DNA of 57,537 bases from a virus, in IMG/VR virus record IMGVR_UViG_3300031539_000033. One strand, written 5' to 3'. The translations under genes and the position numbers were made by a program. The notes under the pieces are model-generated. The model did not search any database, was not told the DNA's origin, and saw nothing but the letters and a program-made list of their open reading frames with translations. Below, piece after piece: positions 25,725 through 34,259 of this stretch. How positions within the stretch are numbered: position 1 is the stretch's first letter; each line of letters starts with the position of its first letter.

Positions 25725-26438
25725 ATGACCAACGTAGAACTCATCGCGGAACTGAAACTGCTCGGTTTCGGGGCGGGGCTGACTGACCCGCAGTGGACGC
25801 AGGCGGTTAAGGACGCGGTCCGCATGTATTCCAGGCAGCGGCCGCGCCACGTACTTGGGACGATTGCGGTAAGTGCGGACGTAGAGGAGTACAGCCTTCC
25901 CGCGGGCGGCTATCTCTGTATTGAGTTGGCCCCCATCGACGCACTAGAGGATTTGAGCGAACTGATCGGCGACACCTCGACCCTATCGGAGGCGCTGGCC
26001 GCCGGCGACGTGATTATGGACTTCAACCAGCCTTCGCAGGTGGATATCTACCGGCAGAAGTTGGAGCACTGGGCGCGGCAGTTCGGGACGAAGTGGGAGC
26101 AGGATATGCCGGGTGGTACGGTTCGCATCATGCCTCGCCCGGAGAGTGCGACAACCCTGGCGGTGATCTATACGGCATGGCACGCTACTGCCGATACGGT
26201 ACCGACCGAGGACGCCGATCTGCTCATTATGGCGGGCAAGGCGGTGGCGACGGCAGTGATGGCGACGGGCGGTGCGGCGACGGTAGTGGCCTCTGGCGGC
26301 CGCCTGACTCTCGGACCCTACACGAAAGATATGGGTGGAATCGGAACGATGGTCGCTTCGTTGTTCAAGCAGGCAGAGGCGCTAGAGAAAGACTTCCTCG
26401 ACGCGGCCCGACTCCCCGCGGCGGCGTACAAGGCATAG
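25725..26438 (+). CDS. Virion protein, possible head-tail adaptor
   Basis: 237 aa. First gene after the terminator. The N-terminus NVELIAELKLLGFG...AVKDAVRMY recalls gp6-like connectors. Position-based call. Confidence 0.4.
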   Translation: MTNVELIAELKLLGFGAGLTDPQWTQAVKDAVRMYSRQRPRHVLGTIAVSADVEEYSLPAGGYLCIELAPIDALEDLSELIGDTSTLSEALAAGDVIMDFNQPSQVDIYRQKLEHWARQFGTKWEQDMPGGTVRIMPRPESATTLAVIYTAWHATADTVPTEDADLLIMAGKAVATAVMATGGAATVVASGGRLTLGPYTKDMGGIGTMVASLFKQAEALEKDFLDAARLPAAAYKA

Positions 26439-26441
26439 ACG

Positions 26442-26813
26442 ATGGCAGACGCTGAACTTCAATCACTGCTTACCCATACCGCCGATATCTACTACCTCGA
26501 TACGGGCGAGGCAGTGGATGGGCAGGTCCTGGAGGGTTACCCGGATGCCCCGGACCTCGCCGACCACCCCTGCGCTATTCACCAGGATGGGAAGATTCTG
26601 ACGGAGAGTCCGGTCGGCTACCTGATCGAGAGCGATGCCATCATGTACTCGGAGGATGCAGTCATTCCCGAACGCGCTAAGGTCGTCTGGCAGAATCGCA
26701 TCTTCTTCGTGAACGGGACCCCAAGTCGCTATCACGACTACCTCGGGCCGACCCCGAACATACCGCACCTGCTGGAGATCGGACTCCGGGAATCAAAGGA
26801 CCAACCGGCATGA
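26442..26813 (+). CDS. Putative head-closure / head-tail joining protein
   Basis: 123 aa. Position between the adaptor and the gp10-like gene. C-terminal ...VVWQNRIFFVNGTP...LLEIGLRE pattern. Confidence 0.45.
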   Translation: MADAELQSLLTHTADIYYLDTGEAVDGQVLEGYPDAPDLADHPCAIHQDGKILTESPVGYLIESDAIMYSEDAVIPERAKVVWQNRIFFVNGTPSRYHDYLGPTPNIPHLLEIGLRESKDQPA

Positions 26814-27358
26814 TTGGCGTTGCGGTGAGAATCGAAAAGGCAGACGAGCTTCGCAGGTGGGCCGATGATCTACCGGACCAGTTTCAGAAGCGGTCATCGC
26901 TCCTAGTCGGCTCCTATGGGCTCCGCATAGAGCGGGAGGCGAAGCGACGGACACCCGTGGCGACGGATATCCTACGTTCCAGTATCCACACCGACATCAG
27001 TCGGCAGGGGAAGCAGACGCGAGCGAAGGTCGGCACCGACGAGGACTACGGCCCGTATGTAGAGTACGGGACCGGACTCTACGGGCCGCAGAAGCGGGCC
27101 TACGAGATCAAGCCGAAGACGAAGAAGGCGCTGGCGTTTACGGCGCGAGCCGGAACGCAATTGGCGACGGGTCGGGCACTGTTCCGCTCCAAGACGGGCC
27201 GGTTGGTACTGAGCCGCAAGCGGGGTGCCAAGACCATCGTCCGCAAGGTCATCCATCCCGGCATTCACCCGCAGCCATACCTGCATCCGGCGTTTGATAA
27301 GTATGTGCCGTTCTTTATGAATGACCTTCGGCAACTCGTGACGGGATTGGGGGGGTGA
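26810..27358 (+). CDS. HK97 gp10-family neck/tail-joining protein
   Basis: 182 aa. TPVATDILRSSIH...DEDYGPYVEYGT... typical of the HK97 gp10 family. ATGA overlap. Confidence 0.7.
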   Translation: MIGVAVRIEKADELRRWADDLPDQFQKRSSLLVGSYGLRIEREAKRRTPVATDILRSSIHTDISRQGKQTRAKVGTDEDYGPYVEYGTGLYGPQKRAYEIKPKTKKALAFTARAGTQLATGRALFRSKTGRLVLSRKRGAKTIVRKVIHPGIHPQPYLHPAFDKYVPFFMNDLRQLVTGLGG

Positions 27359-27359
27359 C

Positions 27360-27824
27360 ATGGCGATCCTGACAACCGGGTTTAACACGGCAGCACAGGC
27401 GGCTGCGATCCTCACCAAGCTCCGCACAGAGTTGGCGGGCATGGGGGTCGATGTTGTAACTCGTGGCCGCCTCTGGCGCCTGCCCGACAGACCCTGCGTG
27501 GTGCTTATCGGCCCCTCTATCGAGATCGAGTCCTTGGGGATCGGCGTCGAGGAAGGGGTATGGCATTGGCTCATCCTGATCGCCCGCGATATCGGCCACA
27601 ATGACCGGCGCGCCGACTTGCTCGATACCTGGGGCGATACCGCCATGGCGGCGCTCCTCGACCTCACGCGGGAGACCGCCGCCTTCGTCGTACAGGGCGG
27701 CGACGGACCGGGGCGCGTGGAGGACCAGCGCCTGCTAGGACTGATTCAGCAGCATGGCGAGCAGATAGACCCCATACTGCTGGAGATGACGACCCGCAGG
27801 GAGATCAACCCGCCATCATGCTAA
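27360..27824 (+). CDS. Putative tail completion/terminator protein
   Basis: 154 aa. Position only. Confidence 0.35.
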   Translation: MAILTTGFNTAAQAAAILTKLRTELAGMGVDVVTRGRLWRLPDRPCVVLIGPSIEIESLGIGVEEGVWHWLILIARDIGHNDRRADLLDTWGDTAMAALLDLTRETAAFVVQGGDGPGRVEDQRLLGLIQQHGEQIDPILLEMTTRREINPPSC

Positions 27825-28849
27825 GGATGCGCGCGATACGGAGCTATGGTGCCCAGAAGGTTCGATACCCTCTGGGCGTCGTCCATTTCGACGAGTCCAA
27901 GGGCTGGCTTGCGCGAGTTCCCGAGTCCCTCGCGAAGGAATTGGTCGACGCTGGCCAGGTAGAGATTCCACGAGCAGAGGAACTATGCGTGGGTCGGTAT
28001 CTCGTGCGCCGGCGTTCCGGCTTCGGAGACGTTCTATGCCTTACCCCAGCCGCGCGGATGCTGATGGATAATGGGGCCGAATGCCAGATCATCACCCACC
28101 CGAACTACGCGCCGATGATAAACGGCCTTGGGAATGGTATCCACTGGGAATCGCCCGTGCATTCCGTGATCATGGACGGCTGGCTCGAACATCATCCGGG
28201 CCGGACCGAGAGACCGGCGGCGCTCTGTTTCGGCGACTACTGGAATTTCGACATTGAGGATGCGCGGCCCCACTTCGCGCTTACCGAGCAGGAAGTCGCT
28301 ATGGGTAGGGAGGGCGTCGAAGGCTGGCGTCGCGAAGGCGAGCCCGTCGTCGCGGTCTTTATGAAGACGGGTTGGGAGTCGCGGCGATACCGCGGGATGC
28401 TGCGCGTCGCGAAGGACCTGGCACACGAGGGCTGTGCCGTCGTCGGCTTCGGCGATGAGATTCTGCCCTGCTGTAAAAAGCCGCCGGCGATGGATATCCG
28501 GTCTTTGGCGGGGCTCCTGGCGGCTTGTGACCTTGTTGTTTCGGGCGACACAGGGCCGATGCATCTAGCGGCTGCCCTGGGGGTGCCGTCCGTCGCCGTC
28601 TTCTGCGCCACTTCCGCGGCCGGGTCTGTGGGGCCGCGTTACGATGTAACAGCACTTGAGCCCGAGGGGCTTGACTGCTGGCCGTGCTGGAATGCCGACT
28701 GCAAGGTCGGCGAGTTGGACGTCCCTGGTTCTTGCGTTTCGGCTGTAGAGCCGACGCAGGTCGTTTCCGCGGCGCTTGAGCGACTGCGCTCGCCTGGGCC
28801 GCGAATAGACCCTCAAGGAGACAGGGACGATGAAGGGAGCATACGGTAG
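27818..28849 (+). CDS. Glycosyltransferase family 9 (heptosyltransferase-like)
   Basis: LRSLAGLLAACDLVVSGDTGPMHLAAALGVPSVAVF and the C-terminal CWPCWNADC...CV are the GT9 hallmarks. Confidence 0.8.
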   Translation: MLRMRAIRSYGAQKVRYPLGVVHFDESKGWLARVPESLAKELVDAGQVEIPRAEELCVGRYLVRRRSGFGDVLCLTPAARMLMDNGAECQIITHPNYAPMINGLGNGIHWESPVHSVIMDGWLEHHPGRTERPAALCFGDYWNFDIEDARPHFALTEQEVAMGREGVEGWRREGEPVVAVFMKTGWESRRYRGMLRVAKDLAHEGCAVVGFGDEILPCCKKPPAMDIRSLAGLLAACDLVVSGDTGPMHLAAALGVPSVAVFCATSAAGSVGPRYDVTALEPEGLDCWPCWNADCKVGELDVPGSCVSAVEPTQVVSAALERLRSPGPRIDPQGDRDDEGSIR

Positions 28850-29690
28850 GTGTTTCTATGGTACACAGGGTGCGAAGGGAATCCCTGCGGTGGGCTATTC
28901 CGCCCTGGGCATTATCGACCGGCCGCACATGAATGTGCCGAGCGGTATCGAGCCGCTCTATTCGGTCGGTGACTGGGACCCCGTCGAACTCAGCGAAGGG
29001 ATGACGCTGGCGGAGGTCGGCCTTAGCATTACGGCCGTAGAGGACCCACACTTCCTCCAGTACGCCAAGCGAAGCGCGGTCACTGGCGAACTCCAGTGGC
29101 TGACGATCAAGATCGGATACCATAAGGGCGCGGATGTCTACCGCGCGATCATCCAGGACTGCAAGATCGGCGATATCACGATGCGGTGTGACGCCGGCGG
29201 CCGCCTGAATGCCGACGTAAACCTGATCGGCGGGAAAGTCGCACAGCTCGCAGCCGACCCCGGTGATATGTCGTTCTTCTCCTCTCGTGCCTACCGCTGG
29301 TTCGAGATGACATGGGACGAGACGCGGGACCTGCGGGCGTTCGAGTTCTACTGCCGCAATGGCCTGGAACCCATGCCGGTGATCGCGGGGACCGTGACGA
29401 CAAGGGACCCTGAGCGCATATGGGACTTTCTCGATGAAGGGCCGTCAGAGATCGGTGGGACACTGACCTATTTTCTCGCCGATGCAGACGTCGATCTTCA
29501 GGACTGCCTGCTAGCGGGAGCCGATCACGTTATGACATTTTGTAGTTGTTCCGATGTCAGCCCCGCGCAGACTATGACGCTGACGCTGAACGGCCTGAAG
29601 GCACGGAATGCCGATCTGCAGATTCCGGCTCGCGGCGACATCGTCGTCGAGATGCCATATCTGCTGACGGACTGGACGCTGGATGGATAG
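28830..29690 (+). CDS. Major tail (tube) protein
   Basis: 286 aa. Directly upstream of the chaperone/frameshift pair and the tape measure. Position-based call. Confidence 0.6.
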   Translation: MKGAYGRCFYGTQGAKGIPAVGYSALGIIDRPHMNVPSGIEPLYSVGDWDPVELSEGMTLAEVGLSITAVEDPHFLQYAKRSAVTGELQWLTIKIGYHKGADVYRAIIQDCKIGDITMRCDAGGRLNADVNLIGGKVAQLAADPGDMSFFSSRAYRWFEMTWDETRDLRAFEFYCRNGLEPMPVIAGTVTTRDPERIWDFLDEGPSEIGGTLTYFLADADVDLQDCLLAGADHVMTFCSCSDVSPAQTMTLTLNGLKARNADLQIPARGDIVVEMPYLLTDWTLDG

Positions 29691-29723
29691 TCCGGCGATA
29701 TCACACACTAGGAGGCGAGTCTC

Positions 29724-30239
29724 ATGGGACTAGAAGACGCGCCGGAGTTCTCCGAGACACCGGAGACAAAGGCGGAACCGCCAACCGAGGACGAGGATAT
29801 GAACCTCGTCGCCAAGATGCGCGTAGGGCCGCAGGAGCAAACGTTCTACCTGCCCGAGGGGCGCAACTCCGATGGCACCGTCCGACTCAGCGATACCTAC
29901 TTTATCAGACTGAAGGGCTGGACGGGAACGCAGCGCGACCAGTACCTATCCGCGGGGCAGAAGTACGAACTCGAAGTGCCTCGCGGCCGTCGACAGACAA
30001 GGAAGACGGTTCATAGTCGCTTCGATATGGATATGGTCGAGCAGCTCCGCGTTCTTGTCAACCTGTCCGTGGTCGATTTCAAGTTGATTCACGATGGCAG
30101 GGATGTGACCTTCCGCGAGCAGGGCGCTAACTGGAGTGTGTTCCGCGACCTCAGTCCTGATGTGACGGACTGGGTACGGGATACGATCCGCGAATTCCAG
30201 GGTATCGAGATGGAGGACGGGGACGAGGGGGAAGCCTAG
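29724..30239 (+). CDS. Tail assembly chaperone (gpG-like)
   Basis: 171 aa, acidic. SD aggaggcgagtctc upstream of the ATG. Precedes the tape measure. Confidence 0.7.
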   Translation: MGLEDAPEFSETPETKAEPPTEDEDMNLVAKMRVGPQEQTFYLPEGRNSDGTVRLSDTYFIRLKGWTGTQRDQYLSAGQKYELEVPRGRRQTRKTVHSRFDMDMVEQLRVLVNLSVVDFKLIHDGRDVTFREQGANWSVFRDLSPDVTDWVRDTIREFQGIEMEDGDEGEA

Positions 30240-30583
30240 AGCGGCGGTTCCTGCGTTGGGTCCGCGAGGAGGCGCGCCGCGTCCTCGCGGACGAAGAACC
30301 GTCCGCCGAAAGCGCCGCATTCTCCCTCGCTACCAGGGCATACCGCCACTACCAGGCTGGCTTTCTGCCCTGCGCCGGCGGGACGGCCGATCAACCCTGG
30401 CTCCTTATGGCGGCGATAGAAGCGATTGCCGATGCGGTCTCGGAACATGAGGCGCTGGAATCTCAGCAGCGGCAGTCGCATACGAACGCGAGTAGCGGTT
30501 CGGGACGCGGCCTGCACGTTCTGGGCCGACTGGACCCGGAAGATGACGGGCCGGGATGGAGACATAGGCTGACGCCTATATAA
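29724..30583 (+). CDS. Tail assembly chaperone, -1 frameshift product (gpGT-like)
   Basis: The -1 frame is open over 30131-30583, G/C3-rich and protein-like (ERRFLRWVREEARR...), with no start codon in its first 57 codons. It ends at TAA 30581-30583, abutting the tape measure GTG. GGGGG run at 30227-30231. Confidence 0.5.
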
Positions 30584-33500
30584 GTGGAACGAAGACGACT
30601 TGAAGTTGTGCTTGAAGCCGTAAACCGCGCAGAGGGCCCGCTGAGACAGTTCGGCGGGTCGCTCCAGCGCACTATCGATCACGTCCAGCGCCTGCGGCGG
30701 GAAGCCGGCCGCACCATGCGCGAGGCCGGGGAGAGTATGTCTATGGCGGCTGGACGCGCTTCGATGCTTGGTCGGGCCGTCCAGTTCATCGGCGTATCCC
30801 TGCGGGCACCGCTGGTCGGTATCGCCGCGCTCGGAATCCGAGCCCTAGATGTGTTCCGCGGTATTCTCACCGCCGTGGTGAACCTCGGCCGGAGCATCGT
30901 GACCTGGATTGCCGAGACCGGCGTAAGGGCACTCCAGGCATTCACGCGAGCGGCCCTGATCGCGGGACTAGCGGCGGCTGCGGCATTTACGATATCGACG
31001 CGGGAAGCAGCCTCGTTCGAGATGATGATGCGCTACGTCAACACCATCACTCGGACGACGGACGCTAGCCTCGCCCAACTCTCTGCCGACGCCCTCGCGA
31101 TAGCCCGCGACATCGGCAAGGCTCCTGCCGAAGTTGCCCGTGGTCTCTACGACGTAGCTTCGGCCGGATTCAAGGGTGCCGAAGGCCTGAAGATCGTGCG
31201 CGTCGCGGCTGAGGCCAGCGTTGCCGGTATGACGGACGTGGCCACCGCCTCCCGCCTGATCGTTAGTACCCTTCAGGCCTATGGCATGGCTGCCGAGAAG
31301 GCTGGCTATATCTCGGATGTGATGTTCAAGACGGTCGAACTCGGCATTATCACGTTCGGAGATTTGGCCCAGGCCATCGGCCCCGCCATTGCTACGGCGG
31401 CAGCCGCAGGAGTGCAGATAGAAGAAGTCGGTGCGGCATTTGCGACGATGACAAAAGCAGGTATTGACGCGTCGATGACCGGGACCTCGCTCCAGCGGAT
31501 TATGCTAAGCTTCCTCGATCCCGCGAAGGAGTTCGCGGACGCACTTCGGACGGTCGGCGTAGAACAGGCCTCCACCTTCATCCGCACCAAGGGACTCGCC
31601 GGCGCTATCGACGCCCTTAATCGACTGGCCGCAGGCAACCCCGCGGCCCTTGCTAACATGGGCTTGGAAATGCGGGCATTACGAGCAGCCATGTCGCTGA
31701 CGCGGGGCGAGGCTTCCAGCTTCTCGTCGGACCTGGCAGCAATTAGTCAGGCGGCGGGCGCGACTGGTAGTGCTCTGGCGCAGGTTGCAGCTACTGTCGG
31801 CTATGCCTGGGATAGGTTCAAGGCCCGCGCGCAAGCTATGTTTGTGACTGTCGGTTCTAGTTTCGCCGGATTGGTGCGGAAGGTCCTGGAGGGTGCAGGC
31901 GATATCGCCGACCGGATGTCCGCGCTTGCTGAAGAGATTTCCCAAAGCGACCGCTGGCAGCGGCTCGTCGATACCGTGGGGCTTGCCATGGACGCCGCGG
32001 GCGAGAAGGTCGGCACCTGGCTCGACTGGCTCTCGGAGAACTGGGACACCGTATGGGATGCCGTCGCGGACCGGGTCGGCACGGCCGCCAACTTTGTCGT
32101 CATGTGGATCGGTCGGATCGTCGGCGCTATCGGCTATCTCATTGAGCAGCGGCAGGGCATATGGGACTGGGCGCGGACCTTCATGGATGCGATGGTCGCG
32201 GTGGGTCAAGCCATCGTGCAGGAGGTCCTAGGCCGACTGGATACATTGGCTAAGAGCCTAGGGACGACGATCAAACTTCCCCTGGGCATGGAACTTGACG
32301 TGGCCGCCCTGAAGACACAGATCGCGGGGGCGGTCGCGGGAGGTCTAGCGGGTGCTCCACTAGGGCCGTGGGGTGCGGCAGGCGGGGCGGCTACCGGCTT
32401 CCTCGCTACCGGCAAGGCATATGAGGCGGGGCGCGCGGGACTGGCGGCGTTGGGCGAAAGCGTCGAGGAATGGGGTACAACCGCTTCCGCCTTCTTCGAC
32501 GAGCAGCGGGCGCGGTTTGAGCAGGGCCAGGGCTTCTTCGGCGGCATGAAGGGCGCGGCGATAGAACGAGGGGCGGCCTACTCCGAGTGGCTCTATGGTC
32601 TGCGGGAGGCCGTATCCGGACTCGAACTCGGGCGCGGGCGCGAGGCCCAGGGCGATATCCGCGAGTTGGGCGAGGGCGTATGGGCCTTCGGGGACGTTGC
32701 CGATTCGATAGAGGAGGCGACCGCCGCCCTGAATCGTGGGGGGCAACAGCTCGCAGAGAAGGCTGACGGCTTGACTGCGGCGTCACGGGGCGTCGCTACC
32801 GGGGGAGAGGCACTGGTAGGGGCGGCGGGCTCTTTGAGCGGCGCAGCGGGCAACCTGGGGGCAGCCGCGGGGACTCTGGCGGACGCGGCCAAGAGCATCC
32901 CTGGCTATCTGCGTGGCGCGGAGATGGCGCAGCGATACGGCCTTATGGCGAGCATTGCCGAGGCCAGGGGGAAGCCCGAAGCGCGCGCTGGTTTCCTGCG
33001 CGAACAGGAGGCATGGCAGGAGCGGCAAGTTAGCGCGGCAGTCGAGGCCTTCCGTAACAACCCGGCGGATATTCGGCTTCTTCAGATATGGGAGCGGGCC
33101 GAGACCGATCTCGCGGCGATCCGCAAGGCGCTCGAAGAGCAGGATCGGATGGCGGTCGATATGCCGGACTGGTGGCCGAGGGCAGATGTACTCGGCCCAC
33201 CCGTCGGCGTGGCGATTCAGGCGGCAGAGGTGCCGGCACAGACCAACTTCCAGGTTGCCCGCCCGCCCGTAGAGTGGGGCGACTTCCCCCTGGCTTACGA
33301 GCAGGCGCCCGGCGATAATCCCGACTGGCAGATAGATCGGCTACCGACCCCCGGCGACAATCCGAACTGGCGAATCCAGGATGTGCCCGCGCCCGGCGAT
33401 AACCCCGACTGGCAGAGGGGGGCGGACGTGCTCGGCGCGGCCGTCGCACAAGGTCAGACAGCGTTACTCCAGCAACTCGCGAGGATGGATGACAGTAAGG

Positions 33501-34027
33501 TCCAGGGATGGAACGAGGAGCAACCGTCGCCAGGACTCCGAGGGCAGGAAGTCTTCGCAAGCGAGTTCCGCCTCCCCGATGACTGGATGCCTCCGGGTGC
33601 CGCAACGCATCCCGACGAACTTCTGAGTGGAATGGACCGCATAGAATCCGCGGTACTGCGGGCCGCGCGAGCACAAATCCCCGTCACCTTTGACGATCTT
33701 CCGCTCATTCCAGAGCGGGCGCCCCGAGAGATTCCCGACTGGAGGCCGGACGAGATAACGGCCCCCGCCGCGATCCCCGACTGGCGGATGGATCGGACGC
33801 CGATTCTGGGTGATAACCCCGACTGGCGGCTCGAAGACATACCCGCGCCTGGAGACAGACCCGATTGGATAGCGTCGAGGAGGCCGACCGAGGCGAATGA
33901 ACCGGGCATCGTGATCAACGTCGGCGAGGTGAACTCGAAAGAGCAACTGAAGCGTACGGCCGATGAAGCGATAGACGTATGGTGGGACCGACATGTCGAG
34001 CACGAGGAGACGTACCAAAACTACTAG
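30584..34027 (+). CDS. Tape measure protein
   Basis: 1147 aa, Ala/Gly-rich with hydrophobic segments, following the chaperone pair. C-terminal P(G)D(N)PDW tandem repeats. Confidence 0.85.
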   Translation: MERRRLEVVLEAVNRAEGPLRQFGGSLQRTIDHVQRLRREAGRTMREAGESMSMAAGRASMLGRAVQFIGVSLRAPLVGIAALGIRALDVFRGILTAVVNLGRSIVTWIAETGVRALQAFTRAALIAGLAAAAAFTISTREAASFEMMMRYVNTITRTTDASLAQLSADALAIARDIGKAPAEVARGLYDVASAGFKGAEGLKIVRVAAEASVAGMTDVATASRLIVSTLQAYGMAAEKAGYISDVMFKTVELGIITFGDLAQAIGPAIATAAAAGVQIEEVGAAFATMTKAGIDASMTGTSLQRIMLSFLDPAKEFADALRTVGVEQASTFIRTKGLAGAIDALNRLAAGNPAALANMGLEMRALRAAMSLTRGEASSFSSDLAAISQAAGATGSALAQVAATVGYAWDRFKARAQAMFVTVGSSFAGLVRKVLEGAGDIADRMSALAEEISQSDRWQRLVDTVGLAMDAAGEKVGTWLDWLSENWDTVWDAVADRVGTAANFVVMWIGRIVGAIGYLIEQRQGIWDWARTFMDAMVAVGQAIVQEVLGRLDTLAKSLGTTIKLPLGMELDVAALKTQIAGAVAGGLAGAPLGPWGAAGGAATGFLATGKAYEAGRAGLAALGESVEEWGTTASAFFDEQRARFEQGQGFFGGMKGAAIERGAAYSEWLYGLREAVSGLELGRGREAQGDIRELGEGVWAFGDVADSIEEATAALNRGGQQLAEKADGLTAASRGVATGGEALVGAAGSLSGAAGNLGAAAGTLADAAKSIPGYLRGAEMAQRYGLMASIAEARGKPEARAGFLREQEAWQERQVSAAVEAFRNNPADIRLLQIWERAETDLAAIRKALEEQDRMAVDMPDWWPRADVLGPPVGVAIQAAEVPAQTNFQVARPPVEWGDFPLAYEQAPGDNPDWQIDRLPTPGDNPNWRIQDVPAPGDNPDWQRGADVLGAAVAQGQTALLQQLARMDDSKVQGWNEEQPSPGLRGQEVFASEFRLPDDWMPPGAATHPDELLSGMDRIESAVLRAARAQIPVTFDDLPLIPERAPREIPDWRPDEITAPAAIPDWRMDRTPILGDNPDWRLEDIPAPGDRPDWIASRRPTEANEPGIVINVGEVNSKEQLKRTADEAIDVWWDRHVEHEETYQNY

Positions 34028-34037
34028 GAGGCGAATC

Positions 34038-34256
34038 GTGGCGGAGGCACAGTGGTCGTTTGAGTTGGCGTGCGCGGAACATATGAGCCCCGAGGGACAG
34101 ATGAAGCGCGTAACGACGGTGCGGGTCTTTGCGCGCGATCTCGACGAGGCGAAGGACCGCGCCGCGGCGATTCTCGGCGACGAGGCGCAGGAGAAGACCG
34201 TGTACTACCCGATGACTATCAACGAACTCGGCAACCCGGTAGAGGGCAAGGCATAG
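34038..34256 (+). CDS. Hypothetical small virion-module protein
   Basis: 72 aa from GTG, 7 nt after taggagg. The tracked ORF begins inside the tape measure gene. Confidence 0.5.
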   Translation: MAEAQWSFELACAEHMSPEGQMKRVTTVRVFARDLDEAKDRAAAILGDEAQEKTVYYPMTINELGNPVEGKA

Positions 34257-34259
34257 GCG

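Noticed and set aside
30236-30682. Minus-strand 148-aa ORF and plus-strand 64-aa ORF (30256-30450) in the gap after the chaperone gene
   Set aside because: The remaining + frame (the -1 frame relative to the chaperone) has the coding-type third-position bias and a protein-like sequence, and it ends exactly at the tape measure start. The other two are Arg-rich shadows.
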